Assembly: GCA_951406725.2 (NCBI GenBank)
Contig: OX597834.1
Coordinates: 20,522,001 to 20,586,000 of the forward strand
Direction: 5' to 3'
Length of the DNA stretch: 64,000 nucleotides
From: Octopus vulgaris
Lineage: Eukaryota
The stretch's first letter is position 1. Every line of letters begins with the position of its first letter. The position numbers and the translations under genes are program-made. Below, one piece after another: positions 1 through 11,669 of the stretch. The notes under the pieces were generated by a model. That model was not told where the DNA came from. It saw only the letters and a list, made by a program, of their open reading frames with translations, and made no database searches.

Positions 1-540
1 AGAGGTATTCAGCTCATGATTGTAAAGCTGTAAGTTCAATTCCTGATGATGTGTTGTGTCCTTGAGCTAGACACTTCATTTCCCCTTACTACAATCCATT
101 CAGCAGGCAAAAATGATTCGTACCAGTATTTCAAAGGACCGGCTTTGTCACGTTATATGTTATCCTGAATCTCCCTACGAACTACATTAAGGGTACATTA
201 AGGGGACAGGCTGGCAGAAACGTTAGCACACCGGGCGAAATGCTTAGCGGTATTTTGTCCACCGCTGTGTTCTGAGTTCAAATTCCGCCGAGGTCGACTT
301 TCATCCTTTCGAGATCAATAAATTAATCACCAGTTACGCACTGGGGTCGATGTAATCAACTTAATTCGTTCGTCTGTCCTTGTTTGTCCCCTCTGTGTTT
401 AGCCCCTTGTGGGTAGTAAAGAAATAAGTATGCACATCTGTGGAATACTCAGCTACTTGCACTTTAATTTAACGAGCAGGCTGTTCCATCGATTGGATCG
501 ACTGGAACCCTTATCAGCATAATCAATGAAGCGCCAGGAT
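1..540 (+). mobile_element. tRNA-derived SINE (third family) interrupted by a nested family-B SINE
   Basis: B-box-like AGTTCAATTCC near 34-44 followed by GTGTTGTGTCCTTGAGC..ACACTTCATTT, shared with 25280-25310 and 63790-63820. The sequence resumes after the insert at ~428. Confidence 0.6.
199..427 (+). mobile_element. SINE family B, full monomer
   Basis: CTGGCAGAAACGTTAGCAC head, GAGTTCAAATTCC B box, TTTCATCCTTTCG..ATAAATTAA core, tail ending GGGTAGTAAAGAAATA. More than 10 homologous copies in the window. Confidence 0.9.
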
Positions 541-1204
541 TTTTGTCTTTTTCTCTCCTAGTCTGAGAGTAAGAAAGGAATATATGAATGGCAAAATAAA
601 TATTACTATTCATTTCCAAAGTTAGGGAATCTGAGGAACGGGGGAACCGGAGATATTGGGACGGGGTCGGTTAGGACGGGTGTGATGGGATGGGATGGGA
701 TGGAGGTGTTCAAAGCTTCAGAGGTTCAATATACAACCAAAGCACTGCATAATCAATGCTGGTTTTTAAAGAACAAAGCCGAAATAATGAGCTGCCACAA
801 TTGATGGTAACTAGAAACCAGTGAACCATTCCAAGAGTACACACGACATTCTATCACTGTCTATTCGTTCCTCCTGAAGAATTAAACGAAGATCCTCAAA
901 ATTTTTGTTTTGTGGTTGTTTGGTTTATGATTGTTTCGATCTTTCCTTCTTTCTTTCATTCTGCACAACGGAGATATCATTAATCAAAATTGGAAAAGAA
1001 GTAAAAAAATATATGCATAAATAAAAAAAAAAAATAGAGGAAAAGGAAAAGAGAAAGAAAATGAATTATAAACTTACTGACATCAATCCCACAATCAATC
1101 AGTCAATATATGTATTTGGGCATGTATGTATATAATTATTTATACATATATGTATATATATATCAATCTCTCTCTCTCTCTTTCTTTCAGTATAAATGTA
1201 TTTG

Positions 1205-1421
1205 TAAGGCAGTGAGCTGGCAGAAATGTTAGCATGCTGGGTGAAATGGTTAGTGGTATTTCATCTGTCTTTACGTACCGAGTTCAAATTCCACTGAGGT
1301 CAACTTTACCTTTCATCCTTCCAGGGTCGATAAATTAAGTACCAGTTGCATACTGGGGTCAATCTAATCAACTAGTGCCCTCTCCCAAAATGTTGGGCCT
1401 TGTGCCTAGAGTAGAAAGGAA
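1205..1421 (+). mobile_element. SINE family B (short-tail subfamily)
   Basis: AAGGCAGTGAGCTGGCAGAAATGTTAGC head, B box, core, tail GGCCTTGTGCCTAGAGTAGAAAGGA. Confidence 0.88.
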
Positions 1422-1511
1422 TATAAATATATGTGTACACCTGTGTCTATGTAAAGCTAGCAAAATGTATGTATCTGTACATGTGTGTGTATATGTGTGT
1501 GTATATATATA

Positions 1512-1946
1512 TGAGATAATGGTGTCATTGAGACCCAAAGGTGATAGGTAATAAGTGCTATAGACAGAACATAGTTAAGTTCCAGATTCGATAATATCGC
1601 AAATAAAGGGTTCAACATTGGTTCTATGTCAGCGTGTGTATATATGAATTTTTTGTGTAATGAGATAAAAAAAACCACGGCTGTATAGATATTAGAGCAT
1701 TTATAGCTAGAAGGTCTTACAGCTGTTTCTAGGATATTAATTAATAATATCCCTTCATTGGAGACGGTGTGAGAGGAAAAATTAAGTCATAGTTAGTTTC
1801 GATGTGATTCAAGCAGAGAGTGAGGTGGAGGAAAGAGAAAAGATGTAAGACATGTATGGTTATTGAATTCGTAAATCCGTTTTAAAGGCATAATTCAATA
1901 ACCTTACACATCTTACATCTTTTCTCTTTCCTCCACCTCACTCTCT
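1512..1946 (-). mobile_element. Penelope-like pseudo-LTR remnant with hammerhead motif and terminal foldback
   Basis: Starts next to a (TA)n tract, contains a hammerhead-like motif at 1714-1765 and ends in a 55-bp inverted repeat (1815-1869 / 1892-1946). Family assignment is inferred from this architecture. Confidence 0.55.
1714..1765 (-). ncRNA. Minimal type-I hammerhead ribozyme-like motif (core degenerate)
   Basis: Minus strand: GTCT-CCAATGA-A-GGGATATT/ATTAATT/AATATCCT-A-GAAAC-AGCT-GTA-AGAC. Stem I GTCT/AGAC, 8-bp stem II, palindromic stem III ACAGCTGT, GUA triplet. Core reads CCAAUGA instead of CUGANGA. Confidence 0.65.
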
Positions 1947-2048
1947 ATCTTCCCAGTTAAACTTCCTTTGAAATTGTTGCACCTCTTATGTGTCCATAGC
2001 TTACACTGGGTACACCTTATAGAGTTTGAACCTATGCCTTTTCATCAG

Positions 2049-2298
2049 CATCATCATCATCATCATCATTTTACATCCATCTTCCATGCTAGCATGGGTT
2101 GAACGGTTCAACAGGGGTCTGGGGAGCCAGTAGGCTGCGCCAGGCCCAGTCTGATCTGGCAGTGTTTCCACAGCTGGATGCCCTTCCTAACGCCAACCAC
2201 ACCGTGAGTGTAGTGGGTGCTTTTTACGTGCCACCTGCACAGGTGCCAGACAAGACTGGCAAACGGCCATGATTGGATGGTGCTTTTTACGTGCCACC
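2049..2298 (-). mobile_element. RTE-type LINE 3' UTR fragment with (GAT)n tail
   Basis: (CAT)n followed by TTCCATGCTAGCATGGGTT..GGATGCCCTTCCTAACGCCAACCAC and two TTTTACGTGCCACC units. Homologous to 11997-12415 and 61282-61752. Confidence 0.8.
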
Positions 2299-2448
2299 AT
2301 ATATATATATATACACACACACATGTATGCATACATACATACATACATACATACATACATACATACATACTTATATGAATGTATGTATATACATACATAC
2401 ATACATACTTATATGAATGTATGTATATACATACATACATACATACAT

Positions 2449-2499
<51 letters not shown>

Positions 2500-3054
2500 A
2501 CCGCGTGTGTATCATTGGCAATTTTCTTTCTCCATGTGTGTGTACTCATACACACACTGACATTATTTTAATGTTACCTGTTGAAAGAAACAGTTTTTCA
2601 TACCATAGTAGAAAATAATAACGTTCATATGTTAGGTTTGTATTATTTCTGTCTATTAAATCCACTCAAAAGCTATGGGTTTGCCCTGGGCTACAACACA
2701 ACCCACTCGTGCAAGATGTCATGAAATGGAGCTGAACTCAAAACCATTTCTATGCAAACTGTACTTCTTAACCACATAGTTATGTTTGCATCTATGAAGA
2801 TGCATGCATGCATGTGTGTGTGTGTGTGTGTGTGTGTGCACGCGTGTCTGTGTGTGTGTGAGTGTGTGTGTGTGTGTGCAATTCTTGTACTGTTTGTTTT
2901 TCAATTTACTTTCCTACAAGTATAAAATTATTATATTCATTCAGGTAAAAATTATATATATACACACACTCACACACGCACACATATATATATATACACA
3001 CACACACATATATATGGATATATATATATATATATATGGATATATATATATACA

Positions 3055-3094
<40 letters not shown>

Positions 3095-3520
3095 TATGGA
3101 GAGAGAGACATGATATATGGATATATATATATATATATATTCATACACACACACATATGGAGAGAGAGATGTGTGTGTGTGCATATATATATATGTACAC
3201 ATACATACACACATATATACATATGATGATGATGATGATGATGGTGATATATGGTTTTGTGTATGGACATGTGTGTGTTTATATTTATGTATGTGTTTGT
3301 GTTTGTTTGTTTCTAGTTATGTTTTTCATTTATTTTTATCACACTTTTTTTTTTCTTGTAATATTTTCCAAAGTTGTTCAGAATATTGAAATGGAAGAAG
3401 ATTTTTTTTTTTCTTTCTCCTCCTGCAATCATGGAAGAGTGAACAAGTTTGGAATACCTCGTTTCCTTATTCTTCTGTTCTAAAAATTTCCTATAATGAA
3501 AATTTGATAATGGATTAATT

Positions 3521-3628
3521 ATTTTTTCTTTTTTTTTTTTTTACATTTCAGGTAAGAATTTTACCATTTCTCAGTACGTTTTGAAAATATTGCATCGAAA
3601 ATTGCATTGTGGTGCCTTCAAGGTAAAT
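3521..3628 (+). promoter_or_regulatory. Candidate recursive splice site (CAG|GTAAGA) with 71-nt RS-exon
   Basis: Long T tract, then ACATTTCAG (AG at 3550-3551) immediately followed by GTAAGA (3552-3557). Second donor AAG|GTAAAT at 3623. Confidence 0.45.
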
Positions 3629-4699
3629 ATTCATTATTCAGTATTGGTTACAGAGGTTTGTTTTAATAAATTCTAGCAGTTATTGTGTTGTTTTTGATGT
3701 AGCTGTCGTTGGTGGTGATTGTATGTGTTTGGGTGGGGTGGGGGGTGATGTTGATGTTTCAAAGTGCAAAACATTTTTTTTTCATGTTCTAGAAATCTAT
3801 AATATTTGTGTTGTACTGTTATTTAAAATTATGAGATATTTTTAACATCTTCACCCTCAACAATGACAAAAGATGTGTTGTGACAGATAAGAGTTGCGAA
3901 TATGAATCAGGGAAAAATTGTTTAAAATAGAGCAGCACTTTTAACACCGAACTTTATTCCAAATGGAAATGTAAAACTTTTCCCCTGCTGAATATGCCCA
4001 AGGCACAGTCCTCAACACCCAATTCTCTCAAGAAGTTTCAAGCCTCGAACCATTGCAAATCAATGCCATTGTGTCAGTGCAAAACAAATTGCAATATTGA
4101 ACCTTTTCGTGCTGGGGCATAGCCTCAACAACACAAATAAAGAATTTTAAATGGAGAGGAAACTTTGGGGATATGTTTACTGCAAAAGAAGGGGAAATTT
4201 TAGAAATCATAAACATAAAATGTAATACTATTTAACTAATTGATCCTTTCTTTCACCAAATCTGCTTGTAACATCCATAGTACACAATAAAGTGGGTATA
4301 AAGCTCTGTTTTCAGTAGTTTTGGGCAGTAAATTTAATCCATCTTGTAATGTAACAACCACCTCTACTTGGTTCTCACATGCTATTTGTATAGTATACTG
4401 GTTGCAAGCATCCAGACCAAGCCTCCAGTTTAAGGATTATGTCCACTGTCTTTTATATCAATCTTGGAGGAGCTAAAAGTAGGCTAGGGGTTGGAGATTG
4501 CTCTTCTTCCTGTAACTAGGAGTGGGTTTATCAACGAAGAGAGGATTAGGCCTGAAACTGAAAGTAAAGGTGAACGTGGCATATGTGAAGAGTGCAGCGA
4601 TTGTGTATGAGTGAGACATAGGTAACGAATCCTGGGCAGGAGAGAAAGAAGGAAACAATGGAAATGAAAATGGTTCAGTGGTTTTTTTAGCGTAGAGTA

Positions 4700-4747
<48 letters not shown>

Positions 4748-5129
4748 ACAAACAAGGAGTTGCAAAGAATGATGGGAATGGAGGCAGTGATGAGATGTTG
4801 TGATGAGAAATGGGATGAAGTGGTTGAGTCATATGCTGAAGAAAGTAATCAGGCGAGAGGAGTGAGAGTCATGGAAGGAAGCAAGAGAAGAAGAAAACTA
4901 AGAGACACACAGGAAGGGGAAAATTAACAACACAACTAAAGTTCACAGATGAAAAAAATAGAGGCAAGAGGGCTAGTAAGAGGAGGAGGCAGAGGATAAG
5001 GCAGAACAGCGATGACTGCGATGAACCCACAAACCTAACTTTTTGCAAGGAAAATGGCCTTAAAATGCTTGTTGTGTCACATGGAAATGCAGATATTTAC
5101 AAATGGATCACATATATTTTGCAGTTAAT

Positions 5130-5508
5130 AGGTGTAGGAGTGGCTGTGTGGTAAGTTGCTTGCTTACGAACCATGTGGTTCCGGGTTCAGTCCCACTGCG
5201 TGGTACATCTTATAATCTCAGGCTGACTAATGCCATGTGAGTGGATTTGGTTGGTGGAAACTGAAAAAAGCCTGTTGTATTGAAGTGTGTGTGTGTGTCC
5301 ATCACCACCACTTGACAACAGGTGTTGGTGTGTTTACATCCTTGTAACATAGCAGTTTGGCAAAAGAGATTGATAGAATAAATGCCAGGTTTAAGAAAAA
5401 AGAAAATAAGTGCTAGCGTCAATTTGTTTGACTAAATTTCTTCTAGGCAGTGCCCCAGCATGGTCGCAGTCTAATGACTGAAAGTTAAAGAATAAATAAA
5501 TAAAAGAA
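5130..5508 (+). mobile_element. SINE family A
   Basis: GGAGTGGCTGTGTGGTAAG A-box-like head, GGGTTCAGTCCC B box, GTGAGTGGATTTGGT body, CCAGCATGG..CAGTCTAATGACTGAAA tail. Confidence 0.9.
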
Positions 5509-6740
5509 TGCCAAATTGATTCAATAATTTTTTTTTTCCATCAGTAAATTTTCTTTTTTTTTTTAAAGTTTATTCCATAAAAAATGAATTAAAACAAAAG
5601 CTCCCTTCTTTTAGAAAAAAATTACCATTTTTAAGAAAAAAATTTACATCCATTTTCTGATAAATTAATAAGGTGATGGATGACTTGGACTGAATCAAGT
5701 CTCTCTCATGTACTTGAATATTCATGGAATCTGACCAATGAAAGTGAAAGTAGAAAAAGATGTATGAGCATTGTGAAACTATCAGTAGATTTCTCTAGAT
5801 GATGTTGGCAGTGATAGTGATAGCGGACTCGTTGTGTCCCAATGATTTATATTTCTGCCAATACAATCAGCATCTCTCTTTTCCCATTGTTATCTTCTAA
5901 ATAAAGATCCATCATCGCCGGTAACAGATTGATATCAGTCAACAGATTGTTTGCAGATCAACTAGATTGTTATTATAATGTTTTGTGTCAATAAAAAATG
6001 AGGGGAATTTAGTTCCGGGTCAGATGAGGGCTATCTTTTTGCTTCAGTATCTTTATGAGAAATCAGAAATTGTTTGATGGAAAAGAAATTCTACAAATCT
6101 TTGTCACTTACATATATACATATGCATACATCTATATATATACATATATATACATAAATATATGTACATATATATACACATGTATATATGCATATATGTA
6201 CACATATATATACATACATATATGTACATATATATGTACCCACACACATATATGTATATATTCATACATATATACACACAAATATGTATATGTTTGGGAG
6301 TTCGTATTGATACATTGTGAATAATTATTATCCACAAACAGTGAAAATGTACTTCTTGCGGGCAGTATTATATTCCTCCTAGCAGAAATAATCCGTCTTG
6401 GATTTATAAATCTCTAAAATATATGCAATCGCATGAATTAACTATATTTTGAATGAACTGGCTTATAAACAGAATGAAAAGCATCTTGGTAAATTCGGTA
6501 GGAAGTCCAGAAAAGATTGATTCAATCAAAACCCTTGCACACAAGTAATTTAACTCTTTCTTTACCATATTTTAGTTAAAATATTCTGATTTTATTGATT
6601 ACAGGTAAATTCACTACCATCAGTTCACCATAAAGTAAGTTCGCTGTGTGGAAAGATCACTCTGAGCAAAGTTTACCCAGAAAATATATCTGTAGTATCT
6701 CACTATTGATAACTAAAAACTATTCTATTTAAAAAAAAGA

Positions 6741-7118
6741 TGGCAGGTGTGGCTGTGTGGTACAGAGCTTGCTTCCCAACTACATGGTTCTGGGTTCAGT
6801 CCCACTGTGTGGCACCTTGGGCAAGTGTCTTCTACTATAGCCTCGGACTGACCAAAGCCTTGTGAGTGGATTTGGTGGACCGAAACTGAAAGAAGCCCGT
6901 TGTATATGTGTGTGTCTGTGTTTGTACCCCACCATCGCTTTTTAACCGATGTTGGTGTGTTTACGTCCCTCTAACTGAGTGGTTTGGCAAAAGAGACCAA
7001 TAGAACAAGTACTAGGCTTACAAAGAATAAGTCCTGGGGCTATTTTTTTTTTTTTTTACTAAAGGCAGTGCTCCAGCATGGTTGCAGTAAATTGACTGAG
7101 ACAAGTTAAAGAATAAAA
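6741..7118 (+). mobile_element. SINE family A
   Basis: Same head, body and tail as the other family-A copies. Confidence 0.9.
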
Positions 7119-7463
7119 AAAATCAAAGAATTGATGAAGATGAACTTTGCTTGGGGTGAATTGATGATGGTGAACTTAACAGACATGGATTTTCTTTCAA
7201 GGTTATTTTGGAAACAATGAAAGATGTCATAAAAAAGCATTTTGTTATTATCACTTTAACCCTTTAGCTGACTTTAGATTAATTTAACCCTTTAAAGAAG
7301 CTTTAAGTCTGACAGGCAAGGAACCAAAAGGTCTGGTTCAAATATTTGCCATTCTGTAAATGGCAGAGAATGACCCACTTCAAAACTCCTACTTAACCCT
7401 GCTAGGGGCAGTTTTGTTGGGATTGTATCAAATGAGTTAATCTTTTTTTGTTATCATATTTCT

Positions 7464-7870
7464 TATTTCTTTATTGCCCACAAGGGGCTAAACATAGAGG
7501 GGATAAACAAAGGGATTAAGTCGATTAGATCGACTCCAGTGTGTAACTGGTACTTAATTTATTGATCCCGAAAGGATGAAAGGCAAAGTCGACCCTGGCG
7601 GAATTTGAACTCAGAACATAGCGACAGACGAAATACCTATTTCTTTACTACCCACAAGGGGCTAAAGACAGAGAGGACAAACAAGGACAAACAAATGGAT
7701 TAAGTCGATTACATCGACCCCAGTGCGTAACTGGTACTTAATTTATCGATCCCGAAAGGATCAAAGGCAAAGTCGACCTCGGCAGAATTTGAACTCAGAA
7801 CGTAGTGGCAGACGAAATATGGCTACACATTTCACCCGGCGTGCTAACGTTTCTGCCAGCTCGCCACCTT
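7464..7870 (-). mobile_element. SINE family B head-to-tail dimer inserted in a piggyBac-type MITE remnant
   Basis: Two units joined at AGACGAAATACCTATTTCTTT (7626-7646). Flanked by a ~20-bp TSD, TTTTTTG(T/G)TATCATATTTCT (7444-7463 / 7869-7888). Host sequence 7871-8090 resembles the MITE at 48180-48391. Confidence 0.85.
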
Positions 7871-8475
7871 TTTTGGTATCATATTTCTGTAGACATACAC
7901 TGCCTTCGTTTCAATTAATTTTGATGAAGACTTTAGTTATTAAACTGGAGTTTGGAACACACACACACACACACAAAAAATTTTGATGGAAGGTTTTTAT
8001 TTAGATTACCTGAAAACTGGAAATTTGTATCATAGAGCTAGGGTTGGTCTCAGGTTGGTTGGCTGGTTGGTTGGTTAAAAGAAGGTCATGTTGAGCTTCT
8101 TAAAAATACTCCACACAAGCAATTAAAATTACATCTTACTCTTATTTTATTATATTTTCTGGGAAAACACATTTGTTTTTGAAGAAAATTATTGTACTAA
8201 TTTACATAATTATTCGAACTAATTATTTTTTCTAATCAGTAACATTTGACAACGTTTACTGCAGCACTGTTGCGGGGAGGGGTCTAAATTGTATTCTTAG
8301 TTTTTCAAGGAAAAGGTCATAACTTTTGACTTTTGCACGAAAATGTTTCCCTTTTCTAGATTTCAGCTAATTACATGCAAAACTATGGCCAACAAATTCA
8401 GACTTGCATTATGTGCATTCATTAATGCATATGCACATGCATACATGCAGACATACATACATATGTATGTATTGC

Positions 8476-8628
8476 CATCATCGTGGTCATCATCATCATC
8501 ATCATCATCATTACCTCAAACATCATCATCAGTGTTGTCATCATCATCATAGACATCGTCATCACCAACACCAAAAATATCATCATTATAGTCATTGTCA
8601 TCATCACAGTTTGCAACATCATCATTAC

Positions 8629-8670
<42 letters not shown>

Positions 8671-8679
8671 TATCATCAC

Positions 8680-8717
<38 letters not shown>

Positions 8718-8718
8718 C
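8476..8718. repeat. Degenerate (CAT)n microsatellite
   Basis: Direct inspection; explains the poly-His/Met/Asp/Ile/Ser ORFs. Confidence 0.95.
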
Positions 8719-9542
8719 ATTCGCTTTTCCATACTGGCATGGGTAGGCTGAGACTTTCTGAGACAGTTTTTTGCAGCCTGATACTCTTCATATTACCAAC
8801 CCCTTTACTAGCCTTTTACAATATTCAAAGATAGAGTACACCTGTTTCTTAAAACTGAAATGTGCATATTTACACACGCACATAAAATAAATTTAAATTG
8901 CTGGTTGTCTTTCCTGTCTTACTTATCCAGAATCAGCCACAACTATTTACTGTATTGTGGTCATTCTCCTATATTAGCCCTAATTTTGCTGATTAAATTT
9001 TTGCTGGTAATGGTAACAAGCATGGCTGTGTGGTAAGAAGCTTGCTTCCCAACCACATGGTTTGGAGTTCAATCCCACTGCATGGCACCTTGGGCAAGTG
9101 TCTTCTACCATAGCCTCGGGCCAACTAAAGCGTTCTGAACAGACTTGGTAGATAAAAACTGTTAGAAAGGGCTTCCAGCCATGAAAACCCTGCCAAAGTA
9201 GACACAGTAGCCTGGGGTGGTCTTTAACCTGGCTTCCTCCTGACATGCATTCATGGAAGACAGACGTTAAATAATGATGATGATGATATATATACCTACG
9301 TGTGTGTGTTGTTTCATCTGTGTTTGTCCCCACCATCACCACATGGCAACTGATGTTGGTGTGTTTATGTCCCTGTTTATGTTCCTGGTCCAGGAAGCGA
9401 AACCTCAACCTTATGATCATGAGTCCATTACCACGTCCACTAAGCCATACGCTTCCACAATATAATGATGTTGAAGCAAGCTTATATTCCCTGTGTAGTA
9501 AAACAGGACTGTAGTTCTGTAACTACAGTACTCTGGCACAAC

Positions 9543-9950
9543 TATTCTTTTATTCTTTTCAGTCATTTGACTGCAGCCATGCTGGAGCACCGCCTTTAGT
9601 CAAGCATTTTGACCCCAGGACTTATTCTTTGTAAGCCTAGTACTTATTCTATCAGTCTCTCTTGCTGAACCACTAAGTCACGGGGACGTAAACACACCAG
9701 CATCGGTTGTCAAGTGATGTTGGAGGACAATCACAGACACACAAACATATACATATATATATATATGAAAACCATCATATATATATATATATATATACGA
9801 TGGTTTTCATCTACCAAATCCACTCACAAGGTTTGGTCAGTGTGAGGCTATAGTAGAAGACACTTGCTTAATGTGCCACACAGTAGGACTGAACCTAGAA
9901 CCATGTGGTTCGTAAACAAGCTACTTACCACACAGCAACTCCTGCGCCTA
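9543..9950 (-). mobile_element. SINE family A
   Basis: Reverse complement of tail (GCCATGCTGGAGCACCGCC) through head (CTACTTACCACACAGC). Confidence 0.9.
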
Positions 9951-10270
9951 TGACAATATTCTGCCACAATAGTTTGTGCCGACAAGAATCCTGCTTTTTT
10001 GTTTCCCTCCATTCAAATGTTGTAGTATTTTGTACAGGGACTTAAGCACAATGTCCTTCAGACACCTATGGACTTTAGCATTAATGGTCAAGTATATTAC
10101 CCATTGACCATTTTCACCTTTATATAGAATGTCCTTTTACAGAGTTAAATATTAAACACACATACTCGCAAAACTGCAAGTCCTTATGGTATATGATAAC
10201 ATTGAAGCAAGCTCATATTCCCTGTGTGGTTAAAAAGACTAGTTGTAACTACAGCAGCAGCAGCAGCAGT

Positions 10271-10304
<34 letters not shown>

Positions 10305-11137
10305 CAGCGTGACTATGTCAACACTCTCCGCTACTCTGACACGATCATCCGTGCTGACCAAATCAGGAATATCCTGTCTGTCATTGTTCATAACTGTCAG
10401 TTCAATATGACACCGAGATTTACTCCGTGTGTTATTGAAAGGAAAAGAAAATATTTACTTTGCCGAGGAATATCGAAATATAACTATGGATTATGCGACG
10501 CTCATAAAAGATTCACCATAGAAAAACCATTTCCCTTATAATCCCATATGATAGCTACATATTTATTCCTCGGTTCATCTCCATAGAAAATATTCGTTAT
10601 GAATGATGAGGTATTGATGCAAGAATTGTCACAGTGATGATTAATTAAATGACAAGAAAAATCTTTTGTTCAAATCAGTAGCTTCTAGTAACCAGTCAGT
10701 ATAAAGGACGTTTTTGCTTTTCTTTTCTATTCTTTGTCAATATTTGATTCAGTAGATCTATTTATTATCCTGTTCAGATGCTTGTACGCTAGGTATGAGA
10801 TGATGATAACTTATTTGTTATATAATAGATTGCAGTCATCTGATTCGACAGGAAATTTGATAAATGAAGGCACAGGAGTGGCTGTGTGGTTAAGAAACTT
10901 GCGTCCCAATCATGTGTTTTTGGGTTCAATCCCACAGCACAATATCTTCAGCAAGTGTCTTCTTCTGTAGCTTCAGGCCAGCTAAAGCCTTGTGAGTGGA
11001 TTTGGTTGTCAGAAAGTGAATAAAGTCAATCATGTGTGTATAAATACGTGTGTAAAACATCCATGCAAGCATAGCTGAGTAATCATTAAACGATGATGGT
11101 GATGATGATGATATGTGTGTAAAAATATATATACATA

Positions 11138-11520
11138 GGCGTAGGAGTGGCTGTGTGGTAAGTAGCTTGTTTACCAACCACATGGTTCTAGGTTCAGTCC
11201 CACTGCGTGGCACCTTGGGCAAGTGTCTTCTACTATAGCCTCGGGCCGACCAAAGCCTTGTGAGTGGATTTGGTAGACGGAAACTGAAAAGAAGAATGCA
11301 TATATATATATGCATGTGTGTGTTTGTCCCCCTAGCATTGCTTGACAACCAATGCTGGTGTGTTTATGTTCCCGTTACTTAGCGGTTCAGCGAAAGAGAC
11401 ACATAGTATAAGTACTGGGCTTACAAAAGAATAAGTCCTGGGGTCGAGTTGCTCGATTAAAGGCGGTGCACCAGCATGGCCGCAGTTAAATGACGGAAAT
11501 AAGTAAAAGAGTAAAAGAGA
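11138..11520 (+). mobile_element. SINE family A (little diverged, CpGs retained)
   Basis: GGCGTAGGAGTGGCTGTGTGGTAAGTAGC ... AAGTAAAAGAGTAAAAGAG. Confidence 0.92.
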
Positions 11521-11669
11521 GTATATATGCTCAGGAATGTAGGAGCACCATGCTCTCAAGCAAAAGATCCCTTAAATGTCCAGTACCATTCCCTGCATAT
11601 CTGCTTTTATATCAGTGAGATTCTCTTAGAGACGTGTTTCAATAAAAGCTAAGAGGTACATTATTCCCT

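Noticed and set aside
640-706. G-quadruplex-forming GGGAT repeats as a regulatory element
   Set aside because: Simple pentanucleotide repeat with no contextual support.
2572-2595. Minus-strand TTTCTTTCAACAG|GTAACA recursive site (also + sites at 2944, 6604, 60214)
   Set aside because: Shorter pyrimidine tracts or weaker donors than 3551; expected by chance in AT-rich DNA.
8404-8834. Poly-His/Asp/Ser ORFs (also 27770-28213)
   Set aside because: (CAT)n microsatellite open in all frames.
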